Shown here: positions 9,014 through 18,721 of the stretch, piece by piece
How positions within the stretch are numbered: the first letter of the stretch is position 1
Layout: the number at the start of each line of letters is the position of its first letter
Assembly: GCA_017999015.1 (NCBI GenBank)
Contig: JAGOBZ010000001.1
Coordinates: forward strand, 6,769-43,910
DNA from: Kiritimatiellia bacterium
GTDB lineage: Bacteria > Verrucomicrobiota > Kiritimatiellia > RFP12 > UBA1067
Reading direction: 5' to 3'
DNA: 37,142 nt
Made by a program: the position numbers and the translations under genes
Notes under the pieces: generated by a model
Seen by the model: the letters and a program-made list of their open reading frames with translations, nothing else
Told to the model about the DNA's origin: nothing
Databases searched by the model: none

Positions 9014-9064
9014 TGCGTAGCGAGAATAACAATTATCGAGCCTGTCTTTCAAACCTGATCGCCA

Positions 9065-10858
9065 TCATTCGGCAAAGAGCAGCCCCTGCAAATGGTAGCG
9101 GATCATACGTGGCGTGGCGTCGGGACGCGTGAGAAACAGGCGCAACGCCTCGCGGCAGGTCGCGCGTGTTTTATGTGGCAGGCCAGCCAAGAGCTGGCAG
9201 CGCGCAGCCAGCAACGGGTTGATGCGCGGAGCGCGCAGATCAAACTCCTGCAGACGCGCCATCTCTTCGAGCATGCCGGCAGCATATCCCCACGCCTGGT
9301 TTGCGACGCAGAATTCGGCGCGCAGGGCCAAGTAGGAGGGGGCCGTAGCGTCAGGATCAAAGCTGCGCGCCAGATCATCTGGGTCGAACGGCGCATATTC
9401 GCCGTATCCCTCTTCCGAGAGGGCAAGCAGGGCGTCGGGTTCAGCGCTCGCAGGCGACACCTGATACGCTTCCGGCGGGATGGTGCGGCTGCTGGCGGCG
9501 ATGCGGGCCGTCAGGCCGCCATAGCCGCGGGCCAGTTTGAAATCGAGCAACCACTGATGGGTGCCGCTGCGCATCAGCAGGTGTCTGCCTTGCTCCAAAA
9601 AGGCGATGTGGCGGATGGATTCTGAGATGCCGACCCCGGCCAGCGGGACGCGGACGGACGGGTGACCGGGGTCTTCCGCAGGGCTCACCGTCAGCGCATT
9701 GGCCGTATCGACGGCGAGTATCCAGCGGCCGTCAGGGGTTGTGGCGCTAAGGGTCTCGGTCGCAGCAGGCTTGGTAAAGAGCGTATCGGCATTCAAGCTG
9801 CGTGTGACGGTCCCGGCGTAGACATCGACGGCAACACTCCATTCGCGACGGACCGGCGGCGTGCCGTCGAACTCAGTCTGGAGGAAAACCGTGAGACCGG
9901 AACCGTCACTGGTCGCTAGCGCACCGGTGACCACGGTGTTGGTCGTGTGAGGCCAAGCATCGAACGTTTGCAGGGGCGTGCCCGTAAGGCTGTCCGAAAC
10001 GGTCACTCGGCCTTCGGCAGCGCGAAACAACAGCAACCCGTTTCCCGAAAAAAAGGTGCCTGCATGATACGGTCCGGCGTCGCGCAAACCGGGCAACAGT
10101 GTTTGCGCATAGCCGGTCAACGTGCAGTCTTGGGGATCGGTCGAGAAATAAATGCCATGCCGGATGGCTACGGGGTGTCCCGCAGTGTTCGGGAGCGCCG
10201 GCACGGGAGGCGGAATATCGAAAGTCCCCGCCCCCAGTCTGTCAACATTCATGATCGCGCCGCGAGGATCGACTTCCAGCGCGAAACGAGAGGCGTTCTT
10301 AACATAACGAACGACGAGATGGCGTTTGAAGACATACGGGGCCTCATGGGTGTCGGGCCAAGGCAAAGAGTTGGTCCAAGCCCATTCCTCCCCGCTCAGA
10401 TCAAAGAGGCCGACGTCACGCCGGTCAAAACGGTCAATCTCCATGGAGACCGCCAACGCGAAGAGACCGTCTTGCGAGAGGTGCCAGTTCCATCGTTTGT
10501 CCGGATCGGGTGGCGAAACGCGGAAGAGCGCCTCGGGTTCCTGCGCACGCGCCGCCCAGAGCCTGATGTCCACTTCGTCCGTCGCCAAACCGGCCTCGCG
10601 GAACTCTCGCCGCAGGCCGGTGAGCTGGGCCTTCTGCGCGGCACTGCCGTCGTGGAGCCGGTTGGTCAGCAGAGCGCATGAGTCGGCGGCAGGCGCAGCA
10701 GGACGGGGTGAGAGGCGATGCGAGGCCATCACGAAGAGCAAGCCGACCAACACCGGGATCAAAAAGATCGCGGCGGCGAGTAAAACGGTGTTGAGCACTG
10801 CCCGTTTTGCGGCGGGTGTCGAAACAAGGGGAGGGGCAGGATCGTGTTTGTTTTGCAT
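9065..10858 (-). CDS. hypothetical membrane-anchored protein (N-terminal TM helix, large periplasmic region)
   Basis: 597 aa with native high G+C. Has a TM segment VLNTVLLAAAIFLIPVLVGLLFVMA. The remainder is beta-rich and repeat-like, with a helical C-terminal end. No motif I can name. Starts 3 nt after the amidase gene stop. Confidence 0.6.
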   Translation of the reverse strand: MQNKHDPAPPLVSTPAAKRAVLNTVLLAAAIFLIPVLVGLLFVMASHRLSPRPAAPAADSCALLTNRLHDGSAAQKAQLTGLRREFREAGLATDEVDIRLWAARAQEPEALFRVSPPDPDKRWNWHLSQDGLFALAVSMEIDRFDRRDVGLFDLSGEEWAWTNSLPWPDTHEAPYVFKRHLVVRYVKNASRFALEVDPRGAIMNVDRLGAGTFDIPPPVPALPNTAGHPVAIRHGIYFSTDPQDCTLTGYAQTLLPGLRDAGPYHAGTFFSGNGLLLFRAAEGRVTVSDSLTGTPLQTFDAWPHTTNTVVTGALATSDGSGLTVFLQTEFDGTPPVRREWSVAVDVYAGTVTRSLNADTLFTKPAATETLSATTPDGRWILAVDTANALTVSPAEDPGHPSVRVPLAGVGISESIRHIAFLEQGRHLLMRSGTHQWLLDFKLARGYGGLTARIAASSRTIPPEAYQVSPASAEPDALLALSEEGYGEYAPFDPDDLARSFDPDATAPSYLALRAEFCVANQAWGYAAGMLEEMARLQEFDLRAPRINPLLAARCQLLAGLPHKTRATCREALRLFLTRPDATPRMIRYHLQGLLFAE

Positions 10859-10861
10859 GGC

Positions 10862-12124
10862 TCACTGTACCTTGTCGGGTGCGTAATACTCAAGCAGGGC
10901 GTCCATCTGGATCGGCGCCGAATTGGTGCCCTGCTGTTGTTGGAGGGTCGGGGTGGCCGATGCCACTGCGTTGGGCAACGTTGCGCTGGGGGCGGTCGGG
11001 AAAGACACGGCTGACGGCGTGACGGCGGCCAGTTGGCGGTCAGCCTGAGCGTCGGCTTCGACTGCCGCGCGGGTGGCCTGCGCCGCGAGATGCTTACGCC
11101 AGCGCTCATTGTTTTCAGCGTCACGCGCGCGTTTGTCCGCCACCGCACGATCTAATGTCTTGGCGCTGCGCGCATAGGCCAGAACGCCCTCGACCACAGC
11201 CGCACAACTCTGGATCTGCCAATCGGTGCGTAACATGCGGCGGGTCTCGCCTGCGTTAGAGAGAAAGCCGAACTCCAGCAGAACGGCCGGGCAACTGGTC
11301 TCGCGCAGCACGAAAAAAGACTGCCGTTTGAGGCCGCGGTCAACCGTTTCCGGTGTGGACATCAGATGGCGATGGATCGAGAATCCCAGCAGCGTGTTGT
11401 GAAAATCGTTGCGGTTGCCGATCTGCCAACCGCGGGCGCGTGAGCCCTCGGCCGTACCGGGATAACCGCTCGGCGGCAACACGTAGGTTTCCACTCCGCA
11501 TGCGTCAAGATTGCTGGCGTGATTGGCGTGGACGCTGATAAACAGATTCGCCTTTTTGGTGCGTGCGATCCGGGCGCGAGCGTCAAGCGAGAGTGTGATA
11601 TCGCGCGTCCGGGTGTAGTCCACATGCAGGCCTGCCTTTTTCAACTGCGTGCCGATCCGTTTGGCGAGCGTCAGAGTCAGATCTTTTTCTTTCACCAGCG
11701 GATCGGGACACCGCGCCCCTTCATCGTCACCGCCGTGGCCAGGGTCGAGCAGAACACGCAACGGCTCAGGCTTGCCGTTTGAAGTCTGCTGCAGAACGGC
11801 CAATTGCAGCAGGTCGAGATCCACGGCGGCCAATCTCCAACTGCCATCGGCGACGGAGCCTTCAACCGGCGCGTTGAGCCAGACCACTGTGCCGTTCACA
11901 TCGGCTTTGCGGCGTCCCGGATAAAACCGAATCACGTTCTGGCTATTGGAAAAACAGATCGTCTCGCCGTCCCACACGTGATGGGTGGCGCCCAGCGTTC
12001 GCTGGACGTGCGGCAGCGAACGCCAGGGTATCGTCCCGCTGGCGGTGTCGCCGCGCACGGCAGAGAAAGGCAGGACAAGCAACAGCAAAAGGCCCGTAAA
12101 ACGCAGGGAAGAAACAGCCGTCAT
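10862..12124 (-). CDS. N-acetylmuramoyl-L-alanine amidase (Amidase_3 / AmiC-like)
   Basis: 420 aa with a signal peptide (LLLLLVLPFSAVRG). The catalytic domain has LLDPGHGGDDEGA...LFISVHANH...ETSCPAVLLEFGFLSN, typical Amidase_3 zinc-ligand motifs. The C-terminal tail is low-complexity and Ala/Thr/Gln-rich. Confidence 0.8.
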   Translation of the reverse strand: MTAVSSLRFTGLLLLLVLPFSAVRGDTASGTIPWRSLPHVQRTLGATHHVWDGETICFSNSQNVIRFYPGRRKADVNGTVVWLNAPVEGSVADGSWRLAAVDLDLLQLAVLQQTSNGKPEPLRVLLDPGHGGDDEGARCPDPLVKEKDLTLTLAKRIGTQLKKAGLHVDYTRTRDITLSLDARARIARTKKANLFISVHANHASNLDACGVETYVLPPSGYPGTAEGSRARGWQIGNRNDFHNTLLGFSIHRHLMSTPETVDRGLKRQSFFVLRETSCPAVLLEFGFLSNAGETRRMLRTDWQIQSCAAVVEGVLAYARSAKTLDRAVADKRARDAENNERWRKHLAAQATRAAVEADAQADRQLAAVTPSAVSFPTAPSATLPNAVASATPTLQQQQGTNSAPIQMDALLEYYAPDKVQ

Positions 12125-12142
12125 GATCTCCCTTCCCCGTCG

Positions 12143-15100
12143 CTATCGGATATCGGCATGATAGGCCTGGATGGATTTCACACCGCCGGCGCTGTCGCGC
12201 GCGGCGCGGATCCCTTGGGCGCTGGCCACTGCGGCCGCGACGGTCGTCAGGTACGGCACCTTGTATTTCAACGCCGCCTTGCGGATCGAGGCGTCGTCGG
12301 CGCGCGCATCGCGGCGGCCTGACGGCGTGTTGATCACGAGGCAGACCTGGCGGTTGACGATGGCGTCGAGCACGTTGGGGCGCCCTTCGTTGATCTTATG
12401 GATCACCTCGCCCGCGATGCCGTTTTCGGCCAGCCAGCGGATCGTACCCTCGGTTCCGACCAGCTTGAAGCCCAGCTTCACGAACTCCTTGGCCGCTTTG
12501 GCGGCGGCGGGATTTTTTTCCGAAAGGCTGATAAGCACTGTGCCTTCCTCGGTCGGCAGCTTGGCGTTGGCGGCCTCCTGCGATTTATAGTAGGCCAGCC
12601 CGAAGGTAGAGGCCAGGCCGAGCACTTCGCCGGTCGAACGCATCTCAGGCCCCAGTACCGGATCGACTTCCGGGAATTTGTCAAACGGGAAGACCGCTTC
12701 CTTCGCCCCGAAATGCGGGATGACCTTGGGGCCGAGACCCAACTCGCTGATCTGCGTTCCCAGCATCAGCCGGGTGGCGATGCGGGCCATTTGGGTGTTG
12801 CACACCTTAGAGACCAGCGGCACGGTGCGCGAGGCGCGCGGATTTGCCTCCAGCACATAGACCTTATCCTTTTCGATGGCGTACTGCATGTTCATCAGGC
12901 CGACGACATGCAGCTCTTGCGCGATCTTGCGCGTGTAGGCCAGGATCGTGTCGAGGTGTTTCTCGGGGATCGAAATCGGCGGGATGACACAGGCTGAATC
13001 GCCGGAATGCACACCGGCCAGCTCGATGTGCTCCATCACGGCCGGTATGTAGACGTCCTTGCCGTCGGAAAGGGCGTCGGCCTCGCATTCCAGCGCCTCC
13101 TGCAGGAAACGGTCGAGCAACAACGGACGGTCTGGCGTGACACCCACCGCTTTGTCGACATACTCCCTCAACATCTGCTCGTCGTAAATCACCTCCATGC
13201 CGCGTCCGCCCAGCACGAAAGAGGGACGGATCATCAGCGGATACCCGATGGCGTTGGCGACCTTGACCGCCTCGTCGATATCGGCCGCCATACCCGACTC
13301 CGGCATCGGGATCTCCAGGCGTTCCATCATGTGACGGAAAAGATCGCGGTCTTCGGCGATGTCGATGGAGTCGATGCTGGTGCCCAGAATCTTGACGCCG
13401 GCGTCGGCCAGTTCACGCGCGATGTTGAGCGGCGTCTGGCCGCCGAACTGCACGATCACGCCGTCCGGCTTCTCGCGCTCGTAAATCTGCAGCACGTCTT
13501 CGAGCGTGACCGGCTCGAAGTACAGCTTGTCGGAGGTGTCGTAGTCGGTGGACACCGTCTCGGGGTTGCAGTTGACCATAATGGTCTCATAGCCGGCGTC
13601 GCGCATCGCGAAGGCGGCGTGGACACAGCAGTAATCAAACTCGATGCCCTGCCCGATGCGGTTCGGCCCGCCGCCCAGAATCATGACCTTTTTGGCATTT
13701 GAGGAGACCGGCACTTCATCGGTTTTGCCGTTGTAGGACGAGTAGTAGTAGTATGCGTTCTCAACGCCGCTGACCGGCACGGGATGCCAAGTCTCGGTCA
13801 CGCCCAGCGCCGCGCGGCGCAGGCGGATGTTCTTCTCCTTGATACCGAGAATCCGGGCCAGGTATTTGTCGGAGAACCCGTCGCGCTTCGCCTGCACCAG
13901 AAGATCGTCGGTCGGCATGGCGCCCTTGTACTGCAACACCTTTTCTTCCAGTTCGACCAGCTCACGCATCTGCTGGACGAACCAGGGCTTGATGCGGGTC
14001 AGCTCGAACAACTGCTCGTTGGTGGCCCCCTTGCGGAGTGCCTCGTACATGATGAACTGGCGCTCGCTGGTGGCGTCACGCAGCAGCTCCAGCAGTTCAG
14101 CCAGCGACTTGCGGTTGAAATCCTTGGCAAAGCCGAGCCCGTGTCGTCCGTTCTCCAGCGCGCGGATGGCTTTCTGGAAGGTCTCTTTATAGGTCTTGCC
14201 GATCGACATGACCTCGCCGACTGCCTTCATCTGCGTGCCGAGCTTGTCCTGCACGCCGCGGAACTTCTCAAAAGCCCAGCGCGCGAACTTGATGACGATG
14301 TAGTCGCCCGACGGCGTGTATTTCTCGAGGGTTCCGTCGCGCCAGTAGGGGATCTCGTCCAGGGTCATGCCGCTCGCAAGCTGGGCGGAAACCATCGCGA
14401 TCGGGAAACCGGTCGCCTTGGAGGCCAGGGCGGACGAGCGCGAGGTGCGCGGATTGATCTCGATGATGACGATGCGGTCGCTCACGGGGTCATGAGCAAA
14501 CTGCACGTTGGTGCCGCCGATCACGCCGATCGACTCGACGATGCGGAAGGCGTAATCCTTCAGGCGGTTCTGCACGGACGCCTCGATGGTCAACATCGGT
14601 GCCGAACAGAACGAGTCGCCGGTATGCACGCCCATGGGGTCGATGTTTTCAATGAAGCAGACCGCGATCATCTGGTTCTTGGCATCGCGGACCACCTCGA
14701 CCTCAAGCTCTTCCCAGCCGAGCACGGACTCCTCGATCAGGCACTGGTGGGTGAGCGACGCCTCCAGGCCGCGTTGAACGATGGTGCGCAACTCCTCGAC
14801 ATTGTAGACGAGCCCGCCGCCGGTGCCGCCCATGGTGTAGGCCGGACGCACCACCACGGGATATCCGAGTGACGCCGCGATCTCTTCGGCATGTTCGACG
14901 GTGTAGGTGATTTCGCTCTTGGGCATTTCGATGCCCAGGCGCGTCATGGTGTCCTTGAAGATCTGGCGGTCTTCGCCGCGCTCGATGGCGTCGAGATTCA
15001 CGCCGATGACCTTCACGCCGTACTTGTCCAGCACGCCTTTTTTTGACAGCTCCAGCGACAGATTCAGGCCTGACTGGCCGCCGAGGTTCGGCAGCAGCGC

Positions 15101-15349
15101 GTCCGGGCGCTCTTTGGCGATGATCTGTTCAATGCGTTCGACATTGAGCGGCTCGATATAGGTTGCGTCCGCCATGACCGGATCGGTCATGATCGTGGCC
15201 GGATTGGAATTGACAAGGACCACTTTGTAGCCGCAGGCGCGCAGGGCTTTACATGCTTGGGTTCCTGAATAATCAAACTCGCAGGCCTGTCCGATGATGA
15301 TGGGGCCTGAACCGATGATGAGCACCTTTTCGATGTCTTGACGCCTCAT
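12143..15349 (-). CDS. carB: carbamoyl-phosphate synthase large subunit
   Basis: Two ATP-grasp halves are present (KVLIIGSGPIIIGQACEFDYSGTQA... and KKVMILGGGPNRIGQGIEFDYCCVHA...) plus a C-terminal MGS-like domain. Start placed at the ATG at 15349 (MRRQDIEKVLIIGSG); the ORF-track start at 15436 would add 29 unlikely residues. No carA is adjacent. Confidence 0.95.
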   Translation of the reverse strand: MRRQDIEKVLIIGSGPIIIGQACEFDYSGTQACKALRACGYKVVLVNSNPATIMTDPVMADATYIEPLNVERIEQIIAKERPDALLPNLGGQSGLNLSLELSKKGVLDKYGVKVIGVNLDAIERGEDRQIFKDTMTRLGIEMPKSEITYTVEHAEEIAASLGYPVVVRPAYTMGGTGGGLVYNVEELRTIVQRGLEASLTHQCLIEESVLGWEELEVEVVRDAKNQMIAVCFIENIDPMGVHTGDSFCSAPMLTIEASVQNRLKDYAFRIVESIGVIGGTNVQFAHDPVSDRIVIIEINPRTSRSSALASKATGFPIAMVSAQLASGMTLDEIPYWRDGTLEKYTPSGDYIVIKFARWAFEKFRGVQDKLGTQMKAVGEVMSIGKTYKETFQKAIRALENGRHGLGFAKDFNRKSLAELLELLRDATSERQFIMYEALRKGATNEQLFELTRIKPWFVQQMRELVELEEKVLQYKGAMPTDDLLVQAKRDGFSDKYLARILGIKEKNIRLRRAALGVTETWHPVPVSGVENAYYYYSSYNGKTDEVPVSSNAKKVMILGGGPNRIGQGIEFDYCCVHAAFAMRDAGYETIMVNCNPETVSTDYDTSDKLYFEPVTLEDVLQIYEREKPDGVIVQFGGQTPLNIARELADAGVKILGTSIDSIDIAEDRDLFRHMMERLEIPMPESGMAADIDEAVKVANAIGYPLMIRPSFVLGGRGMEVIYDEQMLREYVDKAVGVTPDRPLLLDRFLQEALECEADALSDGKDVYIPAVMEHIELAGVHSGDSACVIPPISIPEKHLDTILAYTRKIAQELHVVGLMNMQYAIEKDKVYVLEANPRASRTVPLVSKVCNTQMARIATRLMLGTQISELGLGPKVIPHFGAKEAVFPFDKFPEVDPVLGPEMRSTGEVLGLASTFGLAYYKSQEAANAKLPTEEGTVLISLSEKNPAAAKAAKEFVKLGFKLVGTEGTIRWLAENGIAGEVIHKINEGRPNVLDAIVNRQVCLVINTPSGRRDARADDASIRKAALKYKVPYLTTVAAAVASAQGIRAARDSAGGVKSIQAYHADIR

Positions 15350-15514
15350 AGATATGAACCTGACCTTTCGGGCCGCAACGCATGCCGCGAGAAAACGAGA
15401 CTGCTCGTCATCGGGACAATGCACGCGATTGGGCAATTATGATAGCGGTTTCCGGCTGATGAGTCGAGCCAAAGCACCGAGCAATTTGAAACGATTTGTT
15501 CGCGACCGCGCTTC

Positions 15515-15543
15515 TTGCGACCTTGCTTGCTTTATGATATAAA
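15515..15543 (+). promoter_or_regulatory. candidate sigma-70 promoter (extended -10) for the 15585 operon
   Basis: TTGCGA - 17 nt - TATAAA, with TG one base upstream of the -10 (tGaTATAAA). About 40 nt upstream of the GTG at 15585. Hexamer evidence only. Confidence 0.35.
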
Positions 15544-15584
15544 CTGCACCAAAAGCGCAGCACGATGGACGTGGGCGCGTTGAG

Positions 15585-16361
15585 GTGAGTTTGAAAACTT
15601 CTTTGAATCTCGTTGTGACCTGTGTGGCGTTGCCCGTACTGGCCGCCTTTTCGGCGGTGGGCGATCGCCCTGTCTCTGAACAGGCCGTCGCCGAGGAAAA
15701 TCTGACGGCAGCGGAAACCTTGAATGCCTGCACGCGGCTGATACCGACTGAGCCGCTTTTGTTGAAAGGGACGTTGACCGTCCGCAAACTGCGCGGCATC
15801 GTGCTGATGGAGCAGCCGTTCAAACTCATGATGGCGTGGGGGGCACGGCCGCCTTCGGCGGAGGTGCTGCTGCTGGACCCGCAGGGCACGGGGCTCGTCG
15901 AGCGGGCAGTGCTGACGCGCCCGGAAGGGAAGCCGGCGCAGATCCAACTGTTTGACGGACCGGAGCAGAAGCCAGTGGCTGCGCCCTCGTATGCCGGGCG
16001 TATCCGGGGGACCGACATGACGTGGATGGATTTGACACTGGATTTCCTTTGGTGGACGGACGTGCGGTTTGATGATCGGCCACGCGGCGAAAGCCATAAC
16101 GGCCGTGACTGCGATATTTTGGTTGCTGTGCCGCCGGCCCCGATTCCGGGCTGTTCGGCCGTACGCATCTGGGTGGATCGTCAGTTGCGTTGCCTGATGC
16201 AGGTGGAGCAGCTCGGCCCGCAAGGTGATGCCGTGCGGAAGATGTGGGTGCAGCGCGTCAAAAAAATGGATGACCGCTGGATGATTCGCGATATGGAGAT
16301 CGAGACCCTCAACAGCGGGCATCGCACCAAGCTGTTTGTGGATGACGTTTCCAAGCCATGA
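15585..16361 (+). CDS. secreted protein, possibly LolA-like outer-membrane lipoprotein-sorting family
   Basis: 258 aa with an N-terminal signal peptide (LNLVVTCVALPVLAAFSAVG). The IRGTDMTWMDLTLDFLWW segment resembles LolA-like / DUF-type sorting proteins as I remember them. The stop overlaps the next gene's start (ATGA at 16358-16361). Confidence 0.4.
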   Translation: MSLKTSLNLVVTCVALPVLAAFSAVGDRPVSEQAVAEENLTAAETLNACTRLIPTEPLLLKGTLTVRKLRGIVLMEQPFKLMMAWGARPPSAEVLLLDPQGTGLVERAVLTRPEGKPAQIQLFDGPEQKPVAAPSYAGRIRGTDMTWMDLTLDFLWWTDVRFDDRPRGESHNGRDCDILVAVPPAPIPGCSAVRIWVDRQLRCLMQVEQLGPQGDAVRKMWVQRVKKMDDRWMIRDMEIETLNSGHRTKLFVDDVSKP

Positions 16362-17665
16362 ACCCTTCCTCCATGTGGGGCAGCAGTATCATTCTTTTGC
16401 TATTGTTCGCTCTTTCAGCCTTTTTTTCGGGGTGTGAGACCGTACTGTTCTCTCTGTCGCCGATCCAAGTCCAGCGTATTCGTAACCGGCATGCGGCGGC
16501 GGGGCGGCGGCTGGAAGCGCTGCTGGCCGATCCGGCACTGATTCTCTCCACGTTGCTGGTCGGCAACTCCTTGGTGAACTTCGCGATCGCCAGCCTCGGC
16601 TATGTGCTGATTGAAAGTCTGATTCCGCGCTGGGGCGAGGCGGTCGCCATCCCGTTCATGACCGTGAGTCTTCTCCTGGTCGGTGAAGTGACGCCGAAAC
16701 GCATCGCCATCATCCACGCGGAACGGCTGGCGCCGGTCTGCAGTAAGCTGTTGCTGTTCTGGCTCTGGCTGTTACGCCCCTTCAATGTGGTGCTGACCTC
16801 CGGTTCCCGCATTTTCAAAAAATCGCTGCGTCGTGAACGGCGCGCGCTTTCTAACGACGAATTGCTCACCGTCGTCGAAGTCGGAGAAGAACAGGGCGTG
16901 ATCGATCAGGAAGAGGCATCGATGGTCGATGGCATTCTCCGCTTGTCTGAACTCAAGGCCAGCGACGAAATGACGCCGCGCGTGGATATGATCGGAATCG
17001 ATCTGGACACACCGGTTGAAAAGCAGGTGGCGACCGCACGCGGGGCGGGACATCGTTATCTGCCTGTTTATGTGCGTACCCCTGATGCGATCGAAGGATT
17101 TCTGGATACGGTTCAGTTTTTGCTCGACCCCGCACATGACGCCAGGAAAGCCACGCGCCAAGCATTGTTCGTGCCTGAAAATGTCTCACTCGATGATCTG
17201 CTCGTGACGTTCCAGCGGAGCGGCAGGCACATTGCGTGTGTGTTGGATGAATACGGCGGCACGGCGGGTTTGATCACGCGCGGCGATATTCTGGAATTGA
17301 TCACAGACCCCGTGACGCCGGATGCGGAAGAGGACGGTTCGCCGATCCGCCGTGTTGCACCGGATGTGTGGCTGATGGAAGGCACTGTGAGCTTGGAGGA
17401 GGTGAACCATGAACTGGACCTCAATCTTGAGGCGGACGACGCGGACCGCATCGCGGGCTGGGTGACGTTCCATGCCGGACGTTTGTTGCAGGCGGGGCAG
17501 TCGGTGCTCGCACAGGGGTGCCGCGTGACGGTTCGGCGCATGCGCAAACGGCGGATCGATGCCGTTCAGCTCGAAGTGCTGGAACGACCGGAGGAAGACG
17601 CGCTCGAACAGTCAGTGAATGACGACCTGCTGCTTGAAGGCCTTGACGACGGGGGGGAGCTGTGA
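16358..17665 (+). CDS. CNNM/HlyC/CorC family transporter (DUF21 membrane domain + CBS pair + CorC_HlyC C-terminal domain)
   Basis: 435 aa. The membrane region contains the conserved GEVTPKRIA motif. A CBS-pair region and a C-terminal transporter-associated domain follow. Confidence 0.8.
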   Translation: MNPSSMWGSSIILLLLFALSAFFSGCETVLFSLSPIQVQRIRNRHAAAGRRLEALLADPALILSTLLVGNSLVNFAIASLGYVLIESLIPRWGEAVAIPFMTVSLLLVGEVTPKRIAIIHAERLAPVCSKLLLFWLWLLRPFNVVLTSGSRIFKKSLRRERRALSNDELLTVVEVGEEQGVIDQEEASMVDGILRLSELKASDEMTPRVDMIGIDLDTPVEKQVATARGAGHRYLPVYVRTPDAIEGFLDTVQFLLDPAHDARKATRQALFVPENVSLDDLLVTFQRSGRHIACVLDEYGGTAGLITRGDILELITDPVTPDAEEDGSPIRRVAPDVWLMEGTVSLEEVNHELDLNLEADDADRIAGWVTFHAGRLLQAGQSVLAQGCRVTVRRMRKRRIDAVQLEVLERPEEDALEQSVNDDLLLEGLDDGGEL

Positions 17666-18657
17666 AGGCTGAACTCCACATCGTCGGGATCTTTTTCTGT
17701 GTTTTTGCCTCCGCATTTTTTTCGGGCACTGAGACCGGCCTCTTGTCGCTCAATCACGCGAGACTCATGCACCTGGTCCGCGTGGGGGTGAAATCGGCGC
17801 AGATTTTGCACGAGTATCTGGGGGACCTGCAACGCTGTCTGGCCACGCTGTTGGTCGGGAACAACTTGGTGAATGTCATGTTGTCCACGCTGTCGGCCAG
17901 CTTGGCGCGCACCTGTTTTCCGGACAGGAGCGGTCTCCAAGCGGTTTGGGCGACGGGTGTGGCGTTCCTGATGCTGTGCTTCTGCGAGTATTTGCCCAAG
18001 TTGTTCTTTACAACCCGCCCGTTGCGGCGAACGCTGCTGGTGTCCCGCCCCCTTTATGTTGTGGATCGCCTGCTGGCTCCGTTGACAACCGCGATTCTGT
18101 TCCTGACGCGCTGGCTGGTGCCGGATACACGCAAAGGGGCCGGTCAGCGTTTTTTGCTTTCGCGTGAGTATATTCAGAACGTGGTCAGCGATGCGAAGGA
18201 GGGGTCGCGCATCACCGCGTTTGAACGGCTGATGATCAATCGCGTGTTGACGTTGCATACGCAGACAGCCGCGCAGATCATGACACCTTTGAACCGTGTG
18301 ACACAGACACGTGAGACGGCTGCGCTGCGCGATTGCTTCCGGGCCGTCCGTGATTCCGGGCATGTGCGGTTGCCGGTCTTTAGCGAGGACGGGGCACGGT
18401 GTGTCGGCGTGCTGAATGTGGCGACCGTGCTGGCGTCCAACCCCGATCCAGACGCCCTGCTGGCCAAAGACAGCATGGAAGCGCCGTTTTTTGTGAATGC
18501 CGATGAATGCGCGGACGATGTGTTGCCGTTGATGCGCAAGCACCGTCATCCGATGGTGCTGGTGCGCGAGAGCGAAGGCGACACGGTATTGGGAATCATC
18601 ACCGAGGAAAACGTGCTCTTCGCGTTAACCGGCAGCCTGCAAAAAATACGATCCTGA
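17662..18657 (+). CDS. second DUF21 + CBS-pair (CNNM-like) membrane protein, lacking the CorC_HlyC C-terminal domain
   Basis: 331 aa. GTG start overlaps the upstream stop (GTGA). The DUF21-like membrane region has the EYLPKLFF motif, followed by a CBS pair. Ends about 100 aa shorter than its upstream paralog. Confidence 0.75.
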   Translation: MKAELHIVGIFFCVFASAFFSGTETGLLSLNHARLMHLVRVGVKSAQILHEYLGDLQRCLATLLVGNNLVNVMLSTLSASLARTCFPDRSGLQAVWATGVAFLMLCFCEYLPKLFFTTRPLRRTLLVSRPLYVVDRLLAPLTTAILFLTRWLVPDTRKGAGQRFLLSREYIQNVVSDAKEGSRITAFERLMINRVLTLHTQTAAQIMTPLNRVTQTRETAALRDCFRAVRDSGHVRLPVFSEDGARCVGVLNVATVLASNPDPDALLAKDSMEAPFFVNADECADDVLPLMRKHRHPMVLVRESEGDTVLGIITEENVLFALTGSLQKIRS

Positions 18658-18683
18658 ATGAGCGCGGACTTGCTCGTACAACC

Positions 18684-18721
18684 AGAAACGCCGGGTTTCT
18701 AGTACTCTGTATAGAATACTA
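18684..18721. terminator. candidate bidirectional terminator hairpins between convergent genes
   Basis: Two hairpins: agaaac-gccgg-gtttct (18684-18700) and tagtactct-gtat-agaatacta (18700-18721; 9 bp stem with one mismatch). They lie in the 61-nt gap between the CNNM operon end and the parA end. No strong T-tract. Confidence 0.35.

Noticed and set aside
9014-9052. TTG start at 9052 for the methyltransferase
   Set aside because: It is a rare start codon only 12 nt after the upstream stop, with no RBS. The first ATG at 9013 is more conservative. This remains unresolved without homolog alignment.
13784-14872. 362-aa plus-strand ORF (and neighbours at 12398-12997 and 13007-13702) inside carB
   Set aside because: These are antisense to carB, whose identity is certain. 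Long stop-free antisense frames are expected at this G+C.
15350-15436. Upstream start at 15436 for carB
   Set aside because: It adds 29 residues (MPNRVHCPDDEQSRF...) that are not part of CarB. The ATG at 15349 gives the canonical MRRQDIEKVLIIGSGPIIIGQ N-terminus.
15354-15542. 62-aa plus-strand ORF in the carB / 15585 intergenic region
   Set aside because: It has no RBS and poor codon bias. It overlaps the likely promoter regions of two divergent operons and has no motif.
15408-18549. Minus-strand ORFs at 15408-16322, 15437-16168 and 17566-18549
   Set aside because: They are antisense to the LolA-like/CNNM operon and lack RBSs and motifs. These are high-GC artefacts.
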